Source: Lama glama (Eukaryota). Taken from it: a stretch of DNA of 64,000 nucleotides. This document shows, piece by piece, positions 23,695-35,424 of this stretch. The translations under genes were made by a program, and so were the position numbers. Positions within the stretch are counted from its first letter, which is position 1. Every line of letters starts with the position of its first letter. The stretch lies in the NCBI GenBank assembly GCA_028534125.1, contig CM052816.1, positions 60,452,001-60,516,000 on the forward strand, given 5' to 3'. The notes under the pieces are model-generated. The model did no database searches. It worked only from the letters and a program-made list of their open reading frames with translations, and was not told the DNA's origin.

Positions 23695-25849
23695 GGCTGG
23701 GACCAGTTGTTAAAAATGAATGCCAGACCTCACACCAGTTTTCAGTCTAGAACAACTTAAGGAAAGCATCTGACAATGACGGGAAGGACTATTATAATGA
23801 AAGACACTCTCCTGGTGCAGAGGCAGGAAATGATGCAGCCACTGTTCAACCACCACCACCACCACTCCCCACGCCAGCAGAGCCACTGAAACAAATCTGA
23901 GGGCCTGGGGAGAAAAGGCTGAAAACTGAGAAAACTCATAAAAGAAAGAGTGTCCAACCACAATAATGTGTGTAACTCCTTTCTGCTCTAAGCCTGGGCA
24001 GAGATCTACCGTGGCTCAATTTGGTATCAAAATTCCCCTGAACGTTTGTTATTTTCCCAGAACAACTTACCCTACTTGAGAGTTACAGAACCCTCAAGAG
24101 TGCAAAGGGAACTGATAAAGTCCATTTCATGTGGCTCCCAGAAAATAACAGAAAGCTTAATTCAAACCATCACCAGCATTCCTCTATGAGGACACAGGCT
24201 TAACAAGGGATTGCACTTAAGCCTGTGTTCCTTCCTCCAAATGCAATGCTGAATAGGTAGTCAGCCTCTCATGCACTGAAGGCTTGATCAGAAAAAGTCT
24301 GTGCCAGCACCAAGAGGCACTAGGCAGGAAGCTGGGTGGGCGGGCTCTGGATCTGGCTAGGAAAATCACTCTCCCCTCTGTCATCAGTGAAGTGACCACA
24401 GCCTAGGAAAAAAAGGGATTCTTGAAAATATTAACTGTTCCAGGAAACCTAGGATGTAGTAGAGCAGATCAAATGACACAGTAACCTGCTGACACACAAT
24501 GTTCCTTTAAAGTGCTTGACAACTGAAAAGTAGTGGATGACAGCTTTGAAAATCCAGGTGAAAGGACAGCACAGGAAAGAGTTTCCCGTTTCAGGAGCAC
24601 CAACAGGACAGCTATCAAAGAAAAAGTGCTTTGACATCAATACCGTATCTCATGGAAGCCTTAGAAGCAGCTCATACTAAAGATTTTTCTGGGGCAAAAC
24701 AACACAAGGAGGTTTTGAGTTCTTAACCATGAACATAGAGTAGATTTGAATAAAAACAGCTGTAGATAAGGCAGTGACAGAGGTGTATACATAAATGCAC
24801 AGACACACACACACACAAGAACCCATTTAAGTGTTGAATTTCAAATTTTTTTGATTGGGTAAAGTTGTCTAGGCTAGTGTGGCATTTGAGATGCAAAGTT
24901 TCATTCATGAAATTTTAAATAATTGTGGTAAGATTTATCTAGGCATACAAGCAGAACCTAAATATATAGCACATGAATAATAGAATGTGCATGAATTTTG
25001 AATGCTTATTTTTCAGAAGAAAACAAAGAACTGAATGTGTGAATTCTTAGAGTCTCTAAGTGTAGCCTGTATTTGCATTTCAATCGCTCGCAAGGTAAGC
25101 TCTGTGAAATTGGTCAAATGTATAGACTCTCATCTCTCCTCCACCCCAAATCAGTCAATTAGCTTCTAGAGAAAGGAGTACACAGAAGTTAATACCCAGA
25201 AGCTCAAAACCTATTCCAGCTGATACAGATCAAAATAGATTCAAAGCAAGTACGTTGAGGACACAGGTTTTGTAGGGAACAAGTTCTGGGTAAGAGCATA
25301 CAATGCCAGGAGCTACGTGCTGTCGTGGTCAGGGAACACACACACGGAAGTGAAACAGACAAGGCAGTGCACAGCAAGATCTGTACAGGAGGGAAAAGCA
25401 GGCGAGTATAAGAAGACTGAGAGCTAACACAGAACATTTTTCCAGCGGGCAAAAAATTCAGCAAATTTTGTCCATTTAAGACAAAGGCATTTTAGATGCC
25501 ACCTCTGCTACACTGCTTAATATAGATGTGCTATAAATAAGCACCCCTTGTGAGTCCACACTGCACCCCAACCCATGCACTCTAATGCTGAATCTCTTCA
25601 AAGGAGCATTTTCAATCCTCCAATCAAAAGCTTTTACTGGCTCCACATTAGCTACTCCTTGCCCTTGATCAATTTCTTTATTCCAAAGGAGATACTTTTT
25701 AACAGCCATAAGAGCAAAAGTACAATACACAGCTATGACATACATGAATGTTACTAACACAGCATATGCCTTTCAACTGCAGCAACTTGGTTCCTTCATT
25801 TTCTGAAAAGCTACTTTTACTAAGTACTTACTCACCTAGCCATGCTTAG

Positions 25850-26176
25850 AGCTATGGGCTGATTGCTGGTGTCCTCCCCTACACCCCCCCCAAATTCCTA
25901 TGTTGAATATTGAAGCCTTAATGTGATTGCATCTGGAGGTGGAACCTTTGGGAGGTAATTAGGGTGAGACTAGGTCACAGTGGTGGGGCCCTCATGGTGG
26001 GATTAATCCCCTTATAAAAAGAGGAAGAGACAGGAGATCTCTCCACCAGGATGAGAGCTGTCATCAGATATGGCACCTTGACCTCGGACTCCTAGCCTCC
26101 AGAGCTATGAGATATATACCTCTGCTGTTTAAGCCACCCCATCCATCACTTTGTTAGGGCAGCCTCAACTAAAACA
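25850..26176 (+). mobile_element. MaLR solo LTR, MLT1A-like, inserted into a MIR
   Basis: gctatgggctga..caaattcctatgttgaa..cctttgggaggtaattagg..ggggccctcatggtgggatta..cccttataaaaagagg..cctccagagctatgaga..ctgctgtttaagccaccc. Confidence 0.85.
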
Positions 26177-26379
26177 GAGAGGTACCTACCTTTGTTGTAG
26201 TCCTTATAGTAATCCCGCCAGCTAAGTGTTAGTATCTGCACGTGCTAGGAAAGGAAACCAAGCCTCAGAGAAAATTTAACCTGCTCCAGAGCCCCACAGC
26301 TAGCATGTGGCAGAGCCACATGGTCCAAGGCCAACAGAGGAGGAGGAAGGCTCAACCATCTAGAAACACAGGTAACAAG

Positions 26380-26610
26380 GGCCCAACAACTTACAGTGTC
26401 CTTACTATCTGCTTGGCACTGTTCAGTCACTGACATGCATGCGTCTTATTTTTACAACATTCCTGGGAGGGAAGTGATATTCTCATTTTATTGATGGCAC
26501 AACTGAAATATAGAAGAGTGTGGCATGCCCAGGAGAGTAAACCCAGCAGGTGGGGGATCAACATTCAGAGAGAAGTCTAGAAGGCTTCCAGGCCTCTGCT
26601 CTCCACCACA
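26380..26610 (-). mobile_element. MIR SINE
   Basis: ttactatctgcttggcactgttc..acaacattcctgggagggaagtgatattctcattttattgatgg..aactgaa. Confidence 0.6.
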
Positions 26611-26628
26611 CAACACAAGTCTGCCTTC

Positions 26629-27050
26629 TGTATTAGTCACCACTGCCATCACTGTACTCGGAAACAGCCCACCACACAGCTAGCGGCTAATGACAAGAGC
26701 CATTCACAGGGCTGGAGGCAGACTGCTGTTCTGCTGGGCTTGGCTTCTGGCAGTAGGTTTACATGGGCCAGCTCCACCGGGGTTTATTCTCGGACATGTT
26801 CCTTTCATGGCAGGCCACCCAAGGGCAGGGCAGATGGCGAGTCCAACCACACAACCATATTTCAAGCCTCTGCTTGTGACACAGTCACTCATAGGTTGGT
26901 AAGTCACATAGCTGAGCGCAAAGTTAAGTTGGTGTTGATTGGGGGTGGGGGGGGTGTTTATCTGCCATAGGGCCGTGAGGTCTGGGCAAGAGATTTGTAT
27001 TTCTATTTCAGAGGAGTGAAAAATTAAAGAGTCTAACTGAATCTATCACA
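26629..27050 (-). mobile_element. MaLR solo LTR, MLT1G/H/I-like
   Basis: TG..CA termini (tgtattagtca...atctatcaca); gtccaaccacacaaccatatttcaagcctctgcttgtgacac..aagtcacatagc. Confidence 0.7.
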
Positions 27051-28159
27051 CTATCCAAATTCAATTTGTATTTACCATAATGCCTTTTAGTCTAGATTGC
27101 TCAACACTTAATGGAAAAGGAATCTATGAGCTTAACAATTTATATTTGGAATAAAGTTTTAATGGGAAAGTGTAGAACAGTCAAATCAATGTTATTATTC
27201 CATCTTCACCTTCATGACAATGCTTCATGACAAACTTGAGAAGAGACAATTAGAAAATAGAAAATCATCAATATCTCATCATGAAAAATACCACTATGAT
27301 GAAAAATCTTATAAAATGAAGTATTTCTAGGCCTGGTTGATATCTAACTTTGAGCCCTAAGCTAGAAAAAAAACCATTAAAAAGTAATGTTTCCTACAGT
27401 CATTTCAGCTCATTGTAATCCATTCTATCCCCACCTCCCCACCACTTTCCTGAAGGTTTGCATGTCCTCAACATACTAAATTACGTGGTAGGAACTCATC
27501 AAGCATTGCAGCTAATAAAGTTAAGCTTGTACCTTCATTTGTTGCCCCCCCCCCAAAAAAAGTTCAGGTTTTTAATCAGTATGATTTAATGCCTTTGTGT
27601 ATCCAAACACAAATTGAAAACAGTGTGTCAGAGAATTGATAAAATTGTACATATGCCATGTGTCTTTCTTGTTGAAACCCCCAATCTTCAATTACGGGTA
27701 TTCCATTCAAATGGAACAAAAATCTTGGCTGGAGCTGATGTAATCTCACTCAGGTTTTAAATTCACCCACTGTTTCAAGCAATATGGCAGCAACCTCATC
27801 ATCTTCATTTAAGAATGAATTGCTTTTTCCATTACAGCCTCTACTTTGAGATATTTCATTCTGCCTTTTCAAAATTGTATTGGAATGAGACTTGTAGGCA
27901 AGTTGTCAACGTTGGAAGCAATTTGCAAAAAAAAAAAAATACACATCTTCAAAATTGGATACATTATTTTCAAGGCCTGACACTAAACCATAAAACTACT
28001 TTGCTCTCTATGTAATTTTAACCAGTCCTGCAAAGTAAGTGTTAAAATACACATTATGGTAATTCTTGAGAACCATTCTAACGGAACTCTATTAGCCTGA
28101 GAGAAATTGTGCTCTCTCTTTATTCACAGTCTAGTTCAATTAATTATTTAAAGGGGATG

Positions 28160-28900
28160 AATTGAGAATCTATATCCAGACTTGACTTCTCTTTGGAAGT
28201 CCAAGCCCTTAGGTCCAGCTGCTTACTGAGCATCTCTACCTTAAAAGCTTCCAGAGGTGTTTCAAACTCAAGATGCACAGAACCAACTAACCATCCTCTC
28301 ACCATCCAAAGCATTTTTATTTCTTGCTCCATTTGTTTCTAGTCAAAACTAATGCCTGAAAACCGGGAGTCACCGCCAGCTCCTTCCATTTCTTTTCCCA
28401 ACTATCCCAACAGGTCGTCATGTCCTGTGAATGCTGCCTTCAGTGTGTTCTGGGCTTCCCAGGCATTCTTCATTAATGATTGAGGGTAAAACATTTCTGT
28501 GCTTCGCTTCAAATCTCCCAGTGGCTTCCCACAGTTAGACTAAGGTCCAGATCCCTCAGTACAGCATCCTTCTTGGGACTCGGCTCGTCACTTCCCACCT
28601 CTCACATGCACTATCTGCAGAACTTTGAAAAGGACGCACCCTGTGTGGCCACCACACCTTTGCACACACTGCTCTTTCCCCTCCCTGCAAGGCCCTTGCC
28701 TAATCGGCACCTGTTCATCCTTCATCATCTGGCGCAAGTATCCTCATCTCCACAAAGCCTTCCTGGCCTCCTGCAGCAGAGGCACCAGCCGTCCCCGGTG
28801 CCCAGGCACCATGCCCGACGTGGGTCACAGTACTTGCTGTTACAGAGACTGCTGTCTGTCTCCCCCACCATGTTACAAACCCCCGACAGGTCAGTCCCAT
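28160..28900 (+). mobile_element. L2 LINE 3' portion
   Basis: tatatccagacttgacttctc..tccagctgcttactgagcatctctacc..tttcaaactcaagatg..ctcccagtggcttccc..cctttgcacacactgctc..ctgtctcccccaccatgttac. Confidence 0.75.
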
Positions 28901-30282
28901 ACTCCACTCAGCTCTCTACTGCAAGAGCCCGGGGTAAAAGTGCAGCAGTAGTACACTTAAGACTCAACACTCCATCCTCTGACACAAACCTGTTCAACAT
29001 ATGCTGCTGTTGCTATTCATATTATTATCAAACATTAATTGAAAGTAAGGCAGAGAATGAATTTTTTTCCTTGACTGCCCGAATCAAAAGCATTTGCATG
29101 CAGAGCCTAAGTAACATAGCCAGTGTTTTGAGAACTCAAACATGTACCTTACTGAAGTGTATCATGATAAGGGATCCAAATCACAGGTGTTATCTCTAGC
29201 ATTAGAACACTTCGAGGGGTAAAGCAACTGCCTTACCATGCCCCAGAGGTGGTTTCCTGATGTAAACCACAAGCCGTGTGCCAGCAATTTAAAAAACGTA
29301 AAACTGCACCCAGACACCACCAGTACCCTGGGTCCTAATGATCTACAGCTGCCTCCAGCCACACTGCAGTGAGAACTGACCCCTGTGGTGGACTGGTTGA
29401 TGATCTGAGCTCTCTCATCACTATCTTTGCCATTATTGGAGAAGACAAGAAACAAATACAATGGGTACACCAGCCCCCTTCACCCATCTCTCTATAGAAA
29501 CAAACCCCATCTCACTGGAAGAAGGGAGGCACCTTTCAAAGGCTGTCAAACCATACATTTGGGGACACACAAGTAGTGTGTGCTGTGACGTATGAGTTCT
29601 TTGGACACATGATCCCCGAGGCGCAGTAGGTCTCGACCTTGGCAGCACACCACCAAGAGACACTAATGTAACTGGTGAGGGTCGCGTCTAGGCCTTTGGC
29701 TTCAGAAAGCGCTCCAGGTCGTTCAAAACAGCAACCCCGTGGGACCACTGTCCTAAGGTTTGGAGCAATGCCTCACATGGAACTGATTTACCATTTCTCA
29801 GTTCCAAAGGGATGCAAAGATAACACACAGCCTTTATGAGTCTCCCGTTGATGGTCCTGGGTGGTATAAAGTTTTTCCTTAGACAATGAAACAAAAAAAT
29901 TTAAAAGAGGCCCCCCAAACCCACTTTTTAAACTAATTATAAAAGTCATATATGCTCACTATTGAAGAGTTCAAGGAAAAAATTTTTATGATCCCACCAC
30001 CAAGATATAATAAATTAAAATTCTGGTCCATTTTCTTACTGTTATTTTAGATGATAATGAAGAAAAGGAAAACCGGTTCTTAATGAATGTCACAAATGAT
30101 GGCTATTGTTTCGCCTTTTCATATCTCATTTTAATTCACCCTCAGCAATTCTGCAATTAAGTGCATTTTACTGGTGAGGAATTAACTAGCCTGGCCACCA
30201 CCATACAGCTAAGTGGCACAGATGGCCTTAAATACTCCAAAACCCACACATGCTCTCTCCTTCCCTACCACAGGGCTAACCT

Positions 30283-30284
<2 letters not shown>

Positions 30285-30321
<37 letters not shown>
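30285..30321. repeat. (AC)18 microsatellite
   Basis: Perfect dinucleotide run. Confidence 0.97.
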
Positions 30322-30323
<2 letters not shown>

Positions 30324-31696
30324 CTGCACACTTTCACAGAAGTCTATACACATCATGTATACAGTTTAGTAACCTGTTCTTTTCCTTGACGTTATTGTCA
30401 AGCTTTTGCCCATATTATTAACTACTTGTCAAAAGCATGATTTTAATGGCAATGTTGTCTTCTAATGTGTGTCTCATAAGTCGGTTGCCAATCTCCATGC
30501 TTTTGTTGCTTCCAAGACAAATATACCATTTCTAAGACACTTTAAAAACCTATGGTGACTCATAATTTACTTGAAATGTTAAGTTTCAAGTAAATTCCAA
30601 CACCCTATTTGATTTCCTTAGACTCTGGTGCCAGCATTAAATGACTTGTCCCTGCTTGCATACTGATCTCTGTAAGTTCACGGAATTCTCAATTTTTATA
30701 GTTTATCTAGTTTATTGACTATTTGGTCTTTTAGTTTCCTTTTGTCTTCTTCTAACATTATTCATTATTTGCTATGTTTTAAATGCAACATTATTAACTG
30801 TTTAGGTCCTACCTGCTTTGAGAAATCTTTTCAGGCAACTGAAGATTTTTTAAAAGATATGATAAATAAAACTACACAATTCTTAAAAGAAGGAACTAGA
30901 GCTAAACAGTGAAGAAGTGGTGGCTCATTTTAATCTACAAAATGATCACAACTGAGTATGAAACTCTGTCCTGATTGGCTAAGACACAAATGAAGACGCC
31001 TCCAGCTCTCATTACCTGATTAAAAGAAGCAAACCTAGGGAGGAAGAAATTTTTGAAGAACTGAACTCAGAGCAAATTTATCATGTGGGCCTAATAGAAG
31101 AGACATTGCACAACATAATGGATAAGGCTTCAAGGGGACTTTTACAAAACGTGCAAAGATTCTCTCATAGCCATTTCTCTTAGCAACCCTCAATAAAAGC
31201 CAGGGACATAATGGGAAGTTGTAATTCTGTAAAGGGATTCAGAGAGGAGCAGAGATGGACAGTCTAAGTGTGATAGGATCTGCCGGAGGGCAGAGCTCAG
31301 GGAATCTGGGAGATGAACAGTAAGAGGTCTCTTGGGCAATGGCTGTCACCTGTCACTTCACAGCCAGGATCTGCAGAGCAATTCAAAGTTGAGACTGCTT
31401 GCAGGACTTGGAGGGCAGACACCCTGCATTATGGGCTCAAAGGGGCCCCATGTGCTTTAGATACTAAAGCAGGAGGGAAAGAACTAACATTTTCCTAGGA
31501 GGATTAAGAGCCTGGTTGGAGAGACACCATGACACCAAAGTGGGAAACAGATGCAGGCCATGACTTTTCACAAAAAGCAGCTCTGAATCTCTTCAAATGC
31601 TTGAACTCAGTGCAGGCCCCGAAAATCTGTGCTATGAAACTTGAACACTGGCTGTGGCTGGCAAACGCTAGGAGCATATTTGCTCTTTCTAAACCA

Positions 31697-32157
31697 TGTG
31701 GCATATACCTCAACTGCCCATCCAGATCTACGCTCCACCCTCCCCTGGGTCTTGGAGTTCGTATGCATGGGCCACATCGAGGGGCTCCCAGACCCCTCTG
31801 GCTTCTGTTGGGTTTTGCTAATAAGGAGCACCAGCAAGAGTTCAGCAGGGCAGAGGAAAATAAGGCTGGGAAGTCCCCTTCGTCCTCCCTGCAGAGCCAC
31901 CAGGGGCTGTGACTTCTCTTAAGCACCTGTCACATGTCTTCTCTGTCTCCAGGTTCTGTAAGTGCTCCCTCCCCCCTCCCTCCTTCAGGCCCAGTGAAGG
32001 TAACGGCCTCCTGTTGCTTCCAGCCCCTGGTACTACTGCACTTCAACTTTCTCCATACCCTGCTCATACCTTTTAAACCATCTCTTTTATTTAACTCTCC
32101 TCAGGTTATCCAGTTCATGCTCACCATCTTTTTATTGCCTGAACCTTGCCTGATATC
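31697..32157 (+). mobile_element. ERVL solo LTR, LTR33
   Basis: tccagatctacgctccaccc..ggctcccagacccctctggcttctgttgggttttgctaat..ccttcaggcccagtgaaggtaacggc..accctgctcataccttt..ttaactctcctcaggttatccagtt..ctgata follows the recalled LTR33 consensus. Confidence 0.8.
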
Positions 32158-32224
32158 CATATTTGATTATTTAAAACCATACCATACAAAGCTCCGTGCC
32201 AACACAGAGGGCAGTGAACTAAGG

Positions 32225-32395
32225 TGAACTGAATAAGTACTACAAGCCAGATGCTGGGCTAAAGGTTTACAACCACCTTCCATTGTTAAACACGTATTAT
32301 CTCTGTTTTACAGACATGGACACAGAGATCAGAGAGGTTAAGAAACTTCTCTAAAGTTACAGAGCTAGTCATCGTCACTGGACACGAATCCTCAG
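32225..32395 (-). mobile_element. MIR SINE
   Basis: tattatctctgttttacagacatggacacagagatcagagaggttaagaaacttctctaaagttacagagctagt. Confidence 0.75.
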
Positions 32396-32958
32396 TGGAC
32401 GACACTCATATCATTTTAAATTAATGCATCATGCAATAGGGTCTGGTGTGCAAATAAATGAAACAGACAATGACTATTGTGAAATTCAGGATGGAATTTA
32501 GTGATTATGGAAAACTTCAGGAAAAAAAATTGTAATTTACTTTGGTCCCTAATGAGCAGGAAGAATTTTGGCAAAATAGGGAAAAGATATTGTAGATAAA
32601 GGGGATATATCAAGTCTGGAGAGGGGGCGATGCATCAGGGTTTTGGAAGGCAAGGAGGTAGACTGAGGCTGAGTCAGAGGGAGTCATGTGCACTTATCCT
32701 CTGCCCTGAAGTAGACGATGCAAAGTCAGGATTCCAAACCAAGGATTGATGTGGGAGTCTAGGCTCATTAGCAGAATGAACTGGAGAAGAGCCTGGACAC
32801 AGAGGGGTCCAGACAATTCAGATATTTAGGTGTGCAAGAGGGTAGGCTTGGAGTCTAGACATATTTTTATGGGAGAACTGACAAGGCTTGGTGACAGCAG
32901 GCACGGACGAGACTAAGTCAAAGGTGGCAATCGGGTCCAAATTATAGACTCAGTATTT

Positions 32959-33075
32959 TCTTTTTTTAATTTTTAAAAAACTTTTTTTTCAATAGAGGTA
33001 CTTGGGATTGAACCCAGGAATTTATGTATGCTAAGCATGTGCTCTCCTTCTGATCTATTATCTTCCTCCCCTCCC
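32959..33075 (-). mobile_element. vic-1-type camelid SINE (tRNA-Ala-derived) with 13-bp TSD
   Basis: gaggtacttgggattgaacccagga..tgctaagcatgtgctct; flanks agactcagtattt (32946-32958) and agaatcagtattt (33076-33088). Confidence 0.85.
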
Positions 33076-35099
33076 AGAATCAGTATTTCATTGACAGAAA
33101 TACAGAGATGACAATTTTCTGATTTACTAACAATTATACTAGAGAATGAGAAGGTGTCAAAGAGGAGCTAGTATTTAAATTTGTTTATTTGATGTTGTTT
33201 TGAAAAAAGGGTTTGTTAGGAATATAATTCTTAGAGTACAAAATAGAAATCTAAGTGAACATAAGATTTTTAGGGCACCCCATCCTTACTTCCTGCGGAT
33301 CAGGAAACCAAAACTACAGTATTTTATCTCTATGTCAGAGGCAGAAATTCAGCTCCTTCAATGGGTAAGTAACACCGCTCCACTCGGATATGGTTGCAAC
33401 GAGTCTAACCGATGAGGACTCACCACTACCAGAAGTTCATGGATCATCTTGATCACTTGTCTCAAAGTCATCTCTGTGCCTTCCTGGAACCTCTGAGAAC
33501 AAACGTACTTTATCCCAAAGTGTTATTATTGTATTTCTATTATAATTCTCTAACTAGACCTCTTTCCTATAACCACAGGGAGTCTTCAAGTGAATAAGGA
33601 CAGAGTAATACTCCCAAGCAATGGTAGAGTGTAAACACACCCATTAAAGTTGACACAGAAGAAACACTGAGACACAATGACTTAAATGACCTACACCCCC
33701 GCACTGCCCAACAGAGGTCATTTGATAACCCAGGGAGAATGTGAGAGTCCACCTGCTTCTTCGCTTCCTATGACTGAGTTCCACATCAAGACCAGTGGAA
33801 AATCAGAGCCCAGGTCAAGGTAAGAATGTTAGGTTTTGGTTGTTGTTTCAGATACGGTTAGCGGGTGAGGTGAGGTATAGGGAAAAGAGAAGCAAACAAA
33901 ACAAAAACCTAAATACAAATCTAGAAGTCTAAATTATAAATATTTAGCTGTCAACTGCAACATATAGGAAAAAACATTTTTCTTAACATTCCAGCTGCCT
34001 GTGACAGTGGACTGAAATGGTAATATTTAATTGAGGGGGGAAATCAACAGAAGGTGCTACCAAGCAAAGCAAAGCACAAGAGATGGCAGGAGAGGAATGG
34101 CAGGAGGCTCTCTGGGATGCCCCTCCCTCTCTTGGTGCCTCCTTCCTGCTTTAATGATGCCTGTAGTTCATTTTTCTCCTGCCTTGGGATCTATCCCATT
34201 AGGGATAGGGACACTTTCATTAAAACAAATAAAAGGGAAACACATAATGGAAATCACTGAAACAATTAATTTCTCTGACAGTTAAAAAAATTCGATCCCT
34301 GTATGAGGGATATTAAGCCCGAAAGGAACCAGTTATCCTTTGACGAATTAGGCCTGTCTAGAAATTCAAATTGCCCCGAGTCCAAGGTCTGCTCAAGCCC
34401 ATCCATCCGTCAGCATTTCCCATGTTTTGAGATGCAATCTGAAAAGTTTCCCAGATTCCAAGGCTGGAAGCCACTGGGGCCTCTTTCCCTCATTCTCATT
34501 TCAAAGTCAGTGAGTGAAGAGCTATCAGCAGTACTGGAAATATGAATACAGCCCACAGAAAAGATGGAAAAGTGCCGTCACTTCAGACGAACAACGAAGT
34601 TGTGCCGTCATTTCATGAGGTAGTCATGCCTTGAGAAATTATCTGTTCTGACTAAAAATAATTTCTCAAAGTCCAAATTTTAAGAACACTACTAGGAAGC
34701 CTGTGTTTTAAGAACTGGAGGAATTCTAAAAACAGGTTCTGAACACACACTGCATTATTCTATACTAAACACACTCTGCACTACTGCAAAATTAAAGTTT
34801 AGGGAATTAGAATATCTGTGTGCTCCAGATTCTGGGCACTAGGCTTTAAGTTATTTAAAGAACTGATAGGTTCTAGTTGTAGCATCTGACATTTTCAGTG
34901 TAACAGACCAACAGATTCTTATTATTAGATAATAGCCTATATTCTGTCATAATGATCCTTATAAAGTAATGCTAACTGCCTTTACTGATGATTCTTCCAA
35001 ATTAAAGGTAAATCCAAACAGCAGATATGGAATAAAAACAACTTTCATCTCACTAGTAATGACATAGCATATTATAGAGAAGAGAAATTATCCTCTGCT

Positions 35100-35320
35100 T
35101 TTCCATAGCAATACTTAGGAAGACCTACTGTATGCCAGTGTATTTATAACATGACCTTTAACTTTAAAATTCAGTTACTCCTATCTCCTGTTTAGTACAC
35201 TCTAAAGTCCTATTTTACAGCATGTCTTTTACAGAAGAAAAAGCAGACACCAAGAGGGTATGTGACTTGCTCAAGATTACCAAGCAACACAGGGTCAGAA
35301 TCAGGAATGCAAAAGTGTGT
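35100..35320 (-). mobile_element. MIR SINE
   Basis: acctactgtatgccagtg..tttacagaagaaaaagcagacaccaagagggtatgtgacttgctcaagattac. Confidence 0.65.
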
Positions 35321-35410
35321 ATTTCAGCCTAGCTTTACTACGGGGCGTACCTCATTTGCCTGTCAAAATGTTTCAGAGTATGTATCTGCACATGAACTTA
35401 AATCCTCAAT

Positions 35411-35424
35411 TCACTAGGTGGCGT
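35411..35424 (+). promoter_or_regulatory. CTCF core motif
   Basis: tCACTAGGTGGCGt closely matches CCACTAGGTGGCGC and retains its CpG. Confidence 0.45.

Noticed and set aside
28480..29199. Longest ORF in the track (239 aa)
   Set aside because: It lies mostly in a decayed L2 and has no recognisable domain or exon-like boundaries.
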